Of a stretch of 64,000 bases of DNA, positions 20,121 through 29,406 are shown piece by piece. This DNA comes from Candidatus Enterousia sp. (GTDB lineage: Bacteria; Pseudomonadota; Alphaproteobacteria; Rs-D84), in contig JAZLCH010000006.1 in the NCBI GenBank assembly GCA_045614145.1, positions 2,421 to 66,420 on the forward strand, in the 5' to 3' direction. A program made the translations under genes and the position numbers. The notes under the pieces are model-generated. The model did no database searches, had not been told where the DNA came from, and saw nothing but the letters and a program-made list of their open reading frames with translations. Each line of letters starts with the position of its first letter. The first letter of the stretch is position 1.

Positions 20121-21581
20121 TTATTTTTTAGAAAAAACATGCGCCCCCATGTAATTAAACATCGCATTAACCGCATTACATTCTTCTAGATAGTTACTTT
20201 GCGCCAGCATAGTCGCCATCGCATCCGTTTCTTGATCCGTCAATGAATATACGTCTTTATCAAGCGCATCTTCGCCTGCAGATTGTTTTGACAATTGATT
20301 TGCAGGCACACCCCATGTCTCTTTACTTGGTTTCTGCTTAGCAAATGCGTCTGTCAATTTCATAAAAGATATAATAAATCGGTACTGTTTTGCCCCCATG
20401 ACAAAAGAATCCAGACTGTCCGACCTTAGATACAGTTCTGAAAATCCGTTATTATCAACAAATTGTAATGTACCACAGGGATTAGTTTTGCCAAAGTGCC
20501 TTAACAAGGCAGGTACATATTGATTTATACCCGTCTTATGTTCTATATCTGCAGCGTTCAACAAATCACTGTCGCGCCTTTTTTTATCTATGATTTTAAT
20601 CAACGAATATGGTGCACCGGAAAACTCGCGCAATTTTATATTGTAAAACGATGCAAAATCTATACAATAGTCTATGACCTGAGTAATATCATTCTTGCGG
20701 TGTCCTGGGCACATACGTTCAAATACAGCAACATTTTCTGGGCTGAGTGTTGTTGGGTCCGCGAAAAATGTTTTCAACACTGAATTTTTTAACATTGCAT
20801 TATTATCTCTTTGGACCCACCCCAGCAAATCATCAAGATTGCCAACAGGCAGATACACATAAACATTATTATTACGAATAAAATTGATTGATTTCTTTGT
20901 GCCAGACGCCCAGTATTGCTTTAATAACCCGTCCCCCAATCCTGGCACCTTGATATATCTTTCTATGTCGGCACCATTTAACAACCTACCTTCGCCGTGC
21001 GATTTTTCCAGATATTTTATAAAATCTGCGGATTCTTGTCGGTCATAAACCGTTAGTCCATTTGAAATACAATAATCCATCATATATCGCATACAATCAT
21101 TCGCGGTTCGAAGTATTATATTTGCATCATTTTTCCACGGTCGAACATTTGTTATCTTATATATTTTTGTGTTTAACCGGTCACGTAAAAGCGCCTGATA
21201 AAAAAGCGGTTTATATTTTGTTTGTAATAACATTGAAGAATCTGGACACGTGATAACACCGCGCCCAACGTGTGCTAATAAATCACGAGCGTTAAGAATA
21301 CCGTACTCTTTATCTAAATCATGCTCACTTAATAAAGCACCTTCGGTATATTTTTTGCGTATGTATTTCGTCATTCCGATATCATCCAAGGGGGCCTTTC
21401 TGTCATTTGGCAAACGTAAATTATAATACCCTGCAAAATTTAAAATATAATCCAACAAATCTTCTTTGTTTTTTATTTCAGGACGCCCTTTTGTAAAATA
21501 CATGCGGTCAAAATCAGCAATGTTATGCTCTGCTCGCAGTCTTTTTCCAAAAAGTATTTTTAGCATTTCTTTGTGTAACAT
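20121..21581 (-). CDS. Hypothetical protein with an internal ~250-aa duplication
   Basis: Two related modules were found: LLDYILNFAGYYNLRLPNDRKAPLDDIG...HDLDKEYGI and VIDYCIDFASFYNIKLREFSGAPYSLIK...ADIEHKTGI. Confidence 0.45.
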   Translation of the reverse strand: MLHKEMLKILFGKRLRAEHNIADFDRMYFTKGRPEIKNKEDLLDYILNFAGYYNLRLPNDRKAPLDDIGMTKYIRKKYTEGALLSEHDLDKEYGILNARDLLAHVGRGVITCPDSSMLLQTKYKPLFYQALLRDRLNTKIYKITNVRPWKNDANIILRTANDCMRYMMDYCISNGLTVYDRQESADFIKYLEKSHGEGRLLNGADIERYIKVPGLGDGLLKQYWASGTKKSINFIRNNNVYVYLPVGNLDDLLGWVQRDNNAMLKNSVLKTFFADPTTLSPENVAVFERMCPGHRKNDITQVIDYCIDFASFYNIKLREFSGAPYSLIKIIDKKRRDSDLLNAADIEHKTGINQYVPALLRHFGKTNPCGTLQFVDNNGFSELYLRSDSLDSFVMGAKQYRFIISFMKLTDAFAKQKPSKETWGVPANQLSKQSAGEDALDKDVYSLTDQETDAMATMLAQSNYLEECNAVNAMFNYMGAHVFSKK

Positions 21582-21642
21582 GTTTGATAAACCTCTGCTT
21601 TACACAAAAATATAGCACATAATAATATTTTGTCAACAAAAA

Positions 21643-21675
21643 TCCCCCCCCATCTTCTTGATGCGGGGGGAGAGA
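21643..21675 (-). terminator. cysS terminator hairpin built from C7 and G6 homopolymer tracts
   Basis: The sequence tccccccc-atcttcttgat-gcgggggga has a palindromic loop and a T-tract on the minus strand. Confidence 0.5.
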
Positions 21676-21692
21676 TTAGCATTTTTGTTGTT

Positions 21693-23117
21693 TTATGCCT
21701 TTTTAACGATTTTATAACCGTCTTTGCCGTCCAAAACAGTCCAACCAGCGGCATCGATTTCGGTGCGCAGCCGGTCAGCCGTCCCCCAGTCTTTGTTCGC
21801 CTTGGCGACCTGTCTTTGTTCCGCTAATTCGACAATTTCTGATGGAGCGCTTTCGCTTTCCAACGCAATCAATTTTTTTGCACGATCGATGAATTGCAGC
21901 CCCAATAAATCATCAACGAAATGCACCAATGCGATCTTGGTTGGATTGTCAACGTCATTTGATTTAATAAAATCTTGTAACAACACCAATACAGATGCAG
22001 TTTTCAAGTTATCAGACATAGCAGCAACCATATCATCATGCCATTTGTTATATATTTCCTGATTTATTATCTGACCGTCTGCCCCCATCAAATCTGCAAC
22101 ACGACGCACCAGGTTCGCATAGCTTTTTGCTGTTGCATCCATTGTTTCCCATGAAAACGCCAACTGAGACTGATAATGCCCCATTGCAACAAAATAACGA
22201 TATACCATTGGATCATATCCACGGCTGCGCACAGCGTCCATCCCTAAAAATTCACCTTTGGATTTAGCCATTTTTTCGCCAGATTTATCCAGCAAGAAAC
22301 TGTAATGCAGCCATATGTTCACCCATGGCGCGCCCGTAATTGGTTCGCTTTGCGCAATTTCGTTCGCATGATGCACACGCGACAAATCTTCGCCACCAGT
22401 ATGAATATCAAAATGCTGGCCCAGTAATTTCATGCTCATCGCACTGCATTCTGCATGCCAACCAGGGAATCCAACACCCCACGGGCTGTCCCATTCCATT
22501 TGACGTTTTACATCTGTTGGTGAAAATTTCCATAAGGCAAAATCCGTTGGATTGCGCTTAGCATCATTATAGTCAACGCGTGCGCCTGCGCGATTGCCAG
22601 ACAAAGAACCACCAGTTAACGCACCGTACGCAGCAAATTTAGATGTGTCATAATAAATGCCATCTCCTGGTATTTCATATGTAAAACCCAGTTCTTCCAG
22701 TTTTTTTACTAGCTCAATCTGTTCGGCAATATAATCCGTGGCATGCGGCATCACCGTTGGCGCAATCATGTTCAAATCGTTGAAGTCGCGTAAAAATTCA
22801 TCTTTATAGAATTTTGCGATATCCCAAACAGACTTATTTTCACGGGCCGCCCCTTTTTCCATCTTATCTTCGCCAGAATCATCTTCGTCATTGGTTAAAT
22901 GCCCGACATCTGTGATGTTCATTACATGACGAACATCATATCCATTTGCCAAAAACATGCGTTTTAAAAAATCATTGTGCATAAATGTGCGCAAATTTCC
23001 CAGGTGTGTATAATGATAAACCGTTGGCCCACATGAATAAAAGCCAACCTTGCCTTCTGTGAGTGGTTTAAATTCTTCAAGGTGGCGGGTCAAAGTATTA
23101 TATAATTTTATCGTCAT
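21693..23117 (-). CDS. cysS: Cysteinyl-tRNA synthetase
   Basis: A HIGH-type motif YHYTHLGN and a KMAKSKG KMSKS-type motif are present. The likely start is MTIKLYNTL at 23117; the ORF track begins at 23180. Confidence 0.9.
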   Translation of the reverse strand: MTIKLYNTLTRHLEEFKPLTEGKVGFYSCGPTVYHYTHLGNLRTFMHNDFLKRMFLANGYDVRHVMNITDVGHLTNDEDDSGEDKMEKGAARENKSVWDIAKFYKDEFLRDFNDLNMIAPTVMPHATDYIAEQIELVKKLEELGFTYEIPGDGIYYDTSKFAAYGALTGGSLSGNRAGARVDYNDAKRNPTDFALWKFSPTDVKRQMEWDSPWGVGFPGWHAECSAMSMKLLGQHFDIHTGGEDLSRVHHANEIAQSEPITGAPWVNIWLHYSFLLDKSGEKMAKSKGEFLGMDAVRSRGYDPMVYRYFVAMGHYQSQLAFSWETMDATAKSYANLVRRVADLMGADGQIINQEIYNKWHDDMVAAMSDNLKTASVLVLLQDFIKSNDVDNPTKIALVHFVDDLLGLQFIDRAKKLIALESESAPSEIVELAEQRQVAKANKDWGTADRLRTEIDAAGWTVLDGKDGYKIVKKA

Positions 23118-23310
23118 GGTATGTTTCTTCCTTATCCAGTTTATGTTGTATGATTTTATAGAGTCTTTGAGAAAAAGCAAACAAATCTGTTTGCAAAATA
23201 CAGCCTAGCGACAACAGTAAAAATTGATAAAGCGTATTGTCATGTCTGTATTATGACACAGATTCCCAGTCAAGCGCAATAAAAAATCGCCCTAAAAGGC
23301 GATTTTTATA

Positions 23311-24420
23311 TTACATCCCCAACAGGTCTTCGTATAATTTAATCGTATCACGCGCCATTTTCTTTGCAGTATAACGTTCTTTGTAACGCGCATATGCCAG
23401 GATACCTAATTTAGTACGCAGTGTCGGTGTTTCCATAACACGTATCATCTGACGCGCGTATTCGTCTGTATCTAATTCACCTTTTTCATTACTGCGAACA
23501 ATTATTGCAGCTTTGCCAAACATTTCAACCAGACCTGCGGCATCACTGCTGATAATTGGCATGTCGTATGCCATTGCCTCAATCCCGGCGAAAGAACATG
23601 CCTCAGAATACGACGCAAATAATGCACAATCGCACATTTCATAATATTTTTTGATATCTTCTGGGTTTTCCAACAACCCAATCTTGGTAATTGGCAGACC
23701 TTCGATTTTTTCAAAAATTTTATCGTCTGGCGCAAAACCACCAACAACAATAACTTCTATTTTATGTGTTTCTGCGACCTTTTTAATTGCCGGAATGATA
23801 CGCTCCATCCCCTTGTGACCGCCCCAACCGTGCGCAAACAAGAAACGAAATACACCGTCTTTTGGTTTCGCCTTTAGGTTAACCTTTGGGATATCGATAC
23901 CATTATATATAACCGTATGCGGCTGTTTATTCTTGACCCCGTCCAAGAATTCGCGACCGTGTTCACAGACCAATATTACATGATCCATGTTGAAAAACGC
24001 GTTGTTTGGCGGAAATTTCCCGTCACTGCCACGTGAACGATGCGGCAGACAATGCAAAACACCAACCGTTTTTGCATAAAAACGCGAACGCAAAGAATAC
24101 GCCAAACCTTCAAACCCCAGACAATTACTTTTGATAATTAAATTTTCCATCTGTGCAACCTTGGGGCCGATATAGGCAATCACCGCCTCGAACAAGACAG
24201 AACCAGGAAATCCCGTTGGATGATAGACAGAAATTTCATCGCCATTTTGTTTAATGGTCAATTCTTTAAATTCTGGCGACCAATAGAATATGATACGCAT
24301 CGTCTTGATGTGCTCGGGCATTTGCGCCGACAAAATACTTAAATAACGTTCAATACCAGACTGAAACCGCGCATCGCGTCCGTCAATTTCAATAATATTA
24401 ATTATTTTTTTCTTTTTCAT
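23311..24420 (-). CDS. Glycosyltransferase family 1 (GT4-like)
   Basis: The C-terminal GT-B motif EACSFAGIEAMAYDMPIISS is present. Confidence 0.6.
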   Translation of the reverse strand: MKKKKIINIIEIDGRDARFQSGIERYLSILSAQMPEHIKTMRIIFYWSPEFKELTIKQNGDEISVYHPTGFPGSVLFEAVIAYIGPKVAQMENLIIKSNCLGFEGLAYSLRSRFYAKTVGVLHCLPHRSRGSDGKFPPNNAFFNMDHVILVCEHGREFLDGVKNKQPHTVIYNGIDIPKVNLKAKPKDGVFRFLFAHGWGGHKGMERIIPAIKKVAETHKIEVIVVGGFAPDDKIFEKIEGLPITKIGLLENPEDIKKYYEMCDCALFASYSEACSFAGIEAMAYDMPIISSDAAGLVEMFGKAAIIVRSNEKGELDTDEYARQMIRVMETPTLRTKLGILAYARYKERYTAKKMARDTIKLYEDLLGM

Positions 24421-24488
24421 GATACCCTTCCGTATATTTCTGTCAGGCTGTCATTATAGGAATGTGTTTTTTCTTTTGCAAGCATATT

Positions 24489-24510
24489 TTAATATCAAAA
24501 ACCGCCGTTT
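24489..24510 (-). terminator. Intrinsic terminator downstream of the EF-hand protein gene
   Basis: Hairpin aaccgcc-gtttt-ggcggtt is present. Confidence 0.5.
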
Positions 24511-24524
24511 TGGCGGTTTTCATA

Positions 24525-25037
24525 TTATTCTGTTACCACAGGCATGGGCTGAGGCATTTCTGGCGCCGCAGGCTGGGGCATGTTTGATTTATTTTTACGA
24601 AACATTTTACGTGCCGCACGAAATTCTTTACGATTCACACAACCATCTTTATCAATGTCCATAACAGGTAACATTTCTGCCATCTTTGGGCATTTTACAA
24701 CCAAGCAGCCATTTTCAAATTCTGGACGTGGTGCCATTTTGCCACGTTTGTTCATCGGACAAAATTTGGCAGCAGCAAACCCCATGGCAAATATAATCAA
24801 AAACACAATTAATTTTTTTACAAAACGACCAAAAGTACATTTTTTGTGTCCGCAATGTCCATGACATGCACAACCGTGCGAACAGGCGCATTCATGCGAA
24901 CAGGCACATTCATGCGTCTCAACAACAGCAACCGGCGCAACTTTCTTTACAGCAGCTTTTTTAACAACGGGTTTAGAAATTGTTTTTTTTGCAACAGTTT
25001 TTTTTGTTGCAGGTTTTTTATTCGATTTTTCTGCCAT
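24525..25037 (-). CDS. Membrane protein with a Lys/Ala-rich histone-H1-like N-terminus, a Cys/His-rich cluster and a canonical EF-hand loop
   Basis: The N-terminus KKPATKKTVAKKTISKPVVKKAAVKK is followed by HECACSHECACSHGCACHGHCGH, then a TM helix IVFLIIFAMGFAAA, then DIDKDGCVNRKE, which matches DxDxDGxVxxxE. Confidence 0.45.
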   Translation of the reverse strand: MAEKSNKKPATKKTVAKKTISKPVVKKAAVKKVAPVAVVETHECACSHECACSHGCACHGHCGHKKCTFGRFVKKLIVFLIIFAMGFAAAKFCPMNKRGKMAPRPEFENGCLVVKCPKMAEMLPVMDIDKDGCVNRKEFRAARKMFRKNKSNMPQPAAPEMPQPMPVVTE

Positions 25038-25103
25038 TTGTCCTTCCTTTTTTGTTTGACGGTTTCATTTTATAAAAAAGATAAAAATATGTAAAGAAAA
25101 AAT

Positions 25104-25131
25104 TCAAAAAAAATCCCCCAAATTTGGGGGA
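25104..25131 (-). terminator. hupB terminator
   Basis: Hairpin tccccca-aattt-ggggga is followed by a T-tract on the minus strand. Confidence 0.55.
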
Positions 25132-25150
25132 ACAAATCAAAACCAAAGGT

Positions 25151-25423
25151 TTAGTTCAATGCATCTTTCAATGCTTTACCTGGTTTGAATTTAGGCTGAG
25201 TAGAAGCAGCGATTTTGATTGCTTCGCCTGTCTGTGGGTTGCGACCTGTTGTTGCCTTGCGTTTTGCAGTTGCAAATGTGCCAAAACCAACCAAGCGAAC
25301 TTCGCCTTTTTTCTTTAAAACTTTTGTGACTGTGTTGATAAATGCATCCAAGCAGCCTGCTGCTGTTGCCTTGGTAACATCTACTTCGTTTGCAATTGCT
25401 TCTATCAATTGTTGTTTGTTCAT
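25151..25423 (-). CDS. hupB: DNA-binding protein HU
   Basis: The product is 90 aa. MNKQQLIEAIA, GFGTF and an RNPQTGE arm are present. Confidence 0.85.
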   Translation of the reverse strand: MNKQQLIEAIANEVDVTKATAAGCLDAFINTVTKVLKKKGEVRLVGFGTFATAKRKATTGRNPQTGEAIKIAASTQPKFKPGKALKDALN

Positions 25424-25601
25424 GTGTTTCTCCTTTCATAGAATTTTTAAAGGTGTCCCGCAGTTCCAATGGACTTTTCCTGTACTGCTTGTTCGAATCG
25501 TAAAGAAATCTGCGCTTTAAGTCAAGACAATAATTAAAAATCCCCAGATTTTTGCATTTTTTACGTCATACAATATAAAAAAAACGCGAAATCAGCGCTC
25601 T

Positions 25602-26078
25602 TTATCGATAAACTGCACTGGCACGTACTGCCTGTCTGCCGGGCGTATTGTTATCGCAAAGCACCCAATTTCCAGGCGCACCCACCAAATGTACCGTACG
25701 GTAATAATTCGGCGTTGCCATCAACATTGAAATAATCACAACAGCCCAAAACAGTAACTTGGTAAATGCCCATGGGGTCTTGAACGCATCACGAACAAAT
25801 TTATCTTTTAACAAATTTTGATACAGCGCCCAGCCCCATGTAAACAGCAAAATAATTAATGAAAAAAAGAACCCGATTATCAGCGGACGTTTAAACATTG
25901 CAAAACCAACCGACAACCCGTCCCACAGACCACTGGCCGCGGGACAAACATATAACGCGTTCGGGGCATTTACAGCCGATACAGCAACCGTTTCATTCGG
26001 CCCAAGATTTATATTAAAGGCCGTCATTAATATGATTGATGTCAATAAAATAATGGCAAACATCATTGTTGGTTTCAT
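25602..26078 (-). CDS. Integral membrane protein (about 4 TM helices), function unknown
   Basis: Hydrophobic segments span the protein. No motif was recognised. Confidence 0.4.
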   Translation of the reverse strand: MKPTMMFAIILLTSIILMTAFNINLGPNETVAVSAVNAPNALYVCPAASGLWDGLSVGFAMFKRPLIIGFFFSLIILLFTWGWALYQNLLKDKFVRDAFKTPWAFTKLLFWAVVIISMLMATPNYYRTVHLVGAPGNWVLCDNNTPGRQAVRASAVYR

Positions 26079-26163
26079 GATTAATTATCCCCCCGTGCCT
26101 TTGCATTATATCATAAAAAACTATGTGATTGCAATTTATGAAATTTTTATATAACATTCAACT

Positions 26164-27015
26164 ATGTTTGCATGCAAATCGCGTATTATTGTCGGACTGA
26201 CCACATTTTATAGTGAAAACCTGATGATATCTTTATCGGGATTGGCACGGTTGGGCAAACGCGCAATATTAATTATTCATAATGATAATCCGCAGACCAA
26301 GGTTACAAAACGCGACGTGCGTCGTATGGGGTATGACGGCGATGTACATATCATAAATTCAGGGTATAATGTTGGTTTGCTGCGCGCACGTCTGGCAATT
26401 ATAGACTATGTAAAGAAACACAGAATCAACTCAGATTGGTTTGTGTTTGTGAATGACGATGATGTTTTATTAAATCTGGACATTCCGAATGTTGGGCAAA
26501 ATCATTTTGCAATTATACAAAACATGGCGGTTGTGCGGACGCGCTTGATTGACGTTTTGCGAATTATAAAGAATCCGGATAATTTTACAATTGATGACGA
26601 AAACATATATATGGTGCGCCCACATATTGGAATTATTGGCACACTGGTGCGTATGGATTATATTTTTAAGCTGGCTGATATATTACAGTCTGCATCGGTG
26701 GCGATATCAGACATTGATGAATCCCTGGGGTTCCGTCCACCTGTTGATATGATGATGTGGTCTGCACTAAATATTATTGCACGGAACGACAATGATACAA
26801 TCAGTCCCATATATATGGACACTGTCAATTATATTGCAATAGATATCGATAACGTTACCACGAAATATGGCATGTTGCTTCAGCCAGAAAAAAATCCACA
26901 CCAGCAAATTATGTCCGCAATTGCAAAGTACGATACGGCGATACATGCCGCATTGACAAATAATGAATCTGCAGCCAAGGCCGCCCCGGCGGGGCAAGAA
27001 TTAGACGCAGAATAA
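26164..27015 (+). CDS. Hypothetical protein (283 aa)
   Basis: The ORF has a DDD segment, VFVNDDDVL, that might be a DxD motif of a nucleotide-sugar transferase. This is weak. Confidence 0.3.
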   Translation: MFACKSRIIVGLTTFYSENLMISLSGLARLGKRAILIIHNDNPQTKVTKRDVRRMGYDGDVHIINSGYNVGLLRARLAIIDYVKKHRINSDWFVFVNDDDVLLNLDIPNVGQNHFAIIQNMAVVRTRLIDVLRIIKNPDNFTIDDENIYMVRPHIGIIGTLVRMDYIFKLADILQSASVAISDIDESLGFRPPVDMMMWSALNIIARNDNDTISPIYMDTVNYIAIDIDNVTTKYGMLLQPEKNPHQQIMSAIAKYDTAIHAALTNNESAAKAAPAGQELDAE

Positions 27016-27101
27016 ATTTTCAAAAAACGTAAATATATGATTGAAACATACGCGGAATATTTATACAATGACCGCAAAAATTAACCTAAGGGACAAAGAA
27101 T

Positions 27102-29180
27102 ATGACATACAACGAAATCAGAAAGGCTTTCCTGGAATACTTTGAATCCAAAGGGCACAAGATTGTGCCATCTGCATCACTAATTCCAAACGATCCAACG
27201 TTACTGTTTACGGTCGCAGGTATGGTTCCATGGAAGGGAATATTACAAGGTACGGAACCTGCGTTTGCACCACGTGTCGCAGATGTGCAAAAATGTATCC
27301 GCGCAGGTGGCAAACATAACGACCTGGAAGACGTCGGTTTCGATGGACGCCATCATACTTTTTTTGAAATGATGGGGAACTGGTCTTTTGGTGACTATTT
27401 TAAAGAGGGCGCAATTGAAATGTCTTGGGAATTATTGACCAAGGTATTTAAACTGGACCCAAATCGTATTGTCGTCACAACACACTTCAGCGATGACGAA
27501 GCGGCAAAAATATGGAAAAAGGTTGCAGGCAAGGATGCAATTCTGCTGGGAGACAAAGATAATTGGTGGTCAGCAGGCGAAACCGGTCCATGCGGTCCGT
27601 GTACAGAAATGCACTATGACATGGGGGAAAATTTACCGGGCGGCATGCCAGGCAGCGCAGATGAAGACGGCGGTCGTTGGGTTGAAATATGGAACGATGT
27701 GTTTATGCAATATGACCGTGACGCAAACGGTAATTTAACGCCACTGCCAAAGCAGAACGTTGATACCGGTGCAGGTCTGGAACGTGTTGCCGCAATTTTA
27801 CAAGGAAAAACAGATAACTATGACACAGATTTGTTTGTAAATTTGAAACACGCGGTCAGTGATATTACCGGCGTTGCAGAAACACCAGAAAATATCGCCA
27901 GCTTTAAGGTTATAACAGACCATTTGCGCAGCGTAGGCTTTGCAATTGCAGATGGTGTTTTGCCATCTAATTCAGACCGCGGGTATGTTATCCGTCGTAT
28001 TCTGCGCCGTGCAATGCGTCATGGGCAAATATTGGGACATCGTGGGGCGTTGCTGTCAAAATTATACCCTGCCCTGATTACAGAAATGGGCGATGCGTAC
28101 CCGGAATTAGCACGCGAGCAAGGACGTGTTATCGAAATCATTCAAAATGAAGAAAACGCGTTTGCGGATATGTTACAAAATGGCATGAAGTTATTGGAAA
28201 ATGAAATCCCAAAACTGAATAACAATATGTTGCCAGGCGACGTCGCATTTAAGCTGTTTGATACATACGGATTTCCATTGGATTTAACCCAAATGATTTT
28301 GCGCGACAAAAATATTGATGTTGATGTGGCGGGATTTGAACGCGCAATGACCGAACAAAAAGAACGCAGCCGTGCCAACACCAAGGGAACGCGTATATTC
28401 TGGGAATCACAAACAGAATTGACCGATACAGACGACACAGCAAAGTACGCACCAACCGACATGGAATCGCGCGTATTATCAATTCTGCGAAATGGTGAAT
28501 TTGTAGAAAACGCAACCGCAGGGGACGAGGTTGAAATCGCGCTGGACAAAACTACGTTCTATGGCACCCAAGGTGGCCAGGTTGGCGACAGTGGCGAATT
28601 AAAGCGCGGCAATGAATCCATTATGAATGTGTCTGAGGCAGCACGCGCAAACAACATCGTTATACACAAAGGAACATTGGTGGCAGATGTTAAAGTCGGG
28701 GACAATGTTCGTCCTGTGATTAATGAAAATATCCGCCAACAAACGGCACGCGCACACACCGCAACGCACCTGTTACAGGCCGCGCTGCGCAGCGTGTTAA
28801 ATGAAGATGTGGAACAACGCGGTTCTAAGGTCAGTCCGGATTCTGTTCGTTTTGACTTTTCATTCGGGCGCGCAATGACAGCCGAAGAAAAACAGGCGGT
28901 TGAAGACCTGGTAAACAAATGGATTGAAATGGACATGACCGTTCTGCATGAAGAAATGTCGATGGATGATGCTGTAAAACGTGGCGCAATGGCGCTGTTT
29001 GGCGAAAAGTATGGCGATACGGTTAAGGTTATCACCGCCGGCGACGTTTCATGCGAACTGTGTGGTGGAACACATATCAATCATACAGGCGAAATATTAA
29101 AGGCGCGGATAAACAAAGAAAAATCTATCAGCAGCGGCATCCGACGCATCACAATGTCGGTCGGAACACTGGCTGAATAA
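27102..29180 (+). CDS. alaS: Alanyl-tRNA synthetase (short form, 692 aa)
   Basis: Class II AlaS N-terminus FLEYFESKGHKIVPSASLIP, the editing-domain metal ligands HTATHLL, and CGGTHINHTGE are present. The protein ends soon after these, so the C-Ala/DHHA1 domain appears absent. Confidence 0.88.
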   Translation: MTYNEIRKAFLEYFESKGHKIVPSASLIPNDPTLLFTVAGMVPWKGILQGTEPAFAPRVADVQKCIRAGGKHNDLEDVGFDGRHHTFFEMMGNWSFGDYFKEGAIEMSWELLTKVFKLDPNRIVVTTHFSDDEAAKIWKKVAGKDAILLGDKDNWWSAGETGPCGPCTEMHYDMGENLPGGMPGSADEDGGRWVEIWNDVFMQYDRDANGNLTPLPKQNVDTGAGLERVAAILQGKTDNYDTDLFVNLKHAVSDITGVAETPENIASFKVITDHLRSVGFAIADGVLPSNSDRGYVIRRILRRAMRHGQILGHRGALLSKLYPALITEMGDAYPELAREQGRVIEIIQNEENAFADMLQNGMKLLENEIPKLNNNMLPGDVAFKLFDTYGFPLDLTQMILRDKNIDVDVAGFERAMTEQKERSRANTKGTRIFWESQTELTDTDDTAKYAPTDMESRVLSILRNGEFVENATAGDEVEIALDKTTFYGTQGGQVGDSGELKRGNESIMNVSEAARANNIVIHKGTLVADVKVGDNVRPVINENIRQQTARAHTATHLLQAALRSVLNEDVEQRGSKVSPDSVRFDFSFGRAMTAEEKQAVEDLVNKWIEMDMTVLHEEMSMDDAVKRGAMALFGEKYGDTVKVITAGDVSCELCGGTHINHTGEILKARINKEKSISSGIRRITMSVGTLAE

Positions 29181-29183
29181 ACA

Positions 29184-29208
29184 ATCTCCCCCTGTTTGGG
29201 GGATTTTT
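29184..29208 (+). terminator. alaS terminator
   Basis: Hairpin atctccccc-tgttt-gggggat is followed by a T-tract. Confidence 0.55.
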
Positions 29209-29269
29209 GTTTGGCAAATTGAAATTTTTATCTTGCATGATTTCCGAAATAGTATATAATGGGCGCCGT

Positions 29270-29346
29270 GGGTTAGTAGCTCAGTTGGTTAGAGCGGAGC
29301 GCTCATAACGCTTTGGTCGTGGGTTCAAGTCCTACCTAACCCACCA
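29270..29346 (+). tRNA. tRNA-Met, anticodon CAT (elongator type, or tRNA-Ile2 if lysidinylated)
   Basis: Manual fold: acceptor GGGTTAG/CTAACCC, D-arm GCTC-AGTTGGTT-AGAGC, anticodon loop CTCATAA, T-loop TTCAAGT, CCA encoded. Confidence 0.8.
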
Positions 29347-29356
29347 AAATTTAAAA

Positions 29357-29385
29357 ATCCGTCCGTTTGGATGGATTTTTTTATT
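29357..29385 (+). terminator. Terminator after tRNA-Met
   Basis: Hairpin atccgtcc-gtttgg-atggat with one G-U pair is followed by a T-tract. Confidence 0.5.
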
Positions 29386-29406
29386 TCATGTGATAAAATT
29401 TACATC

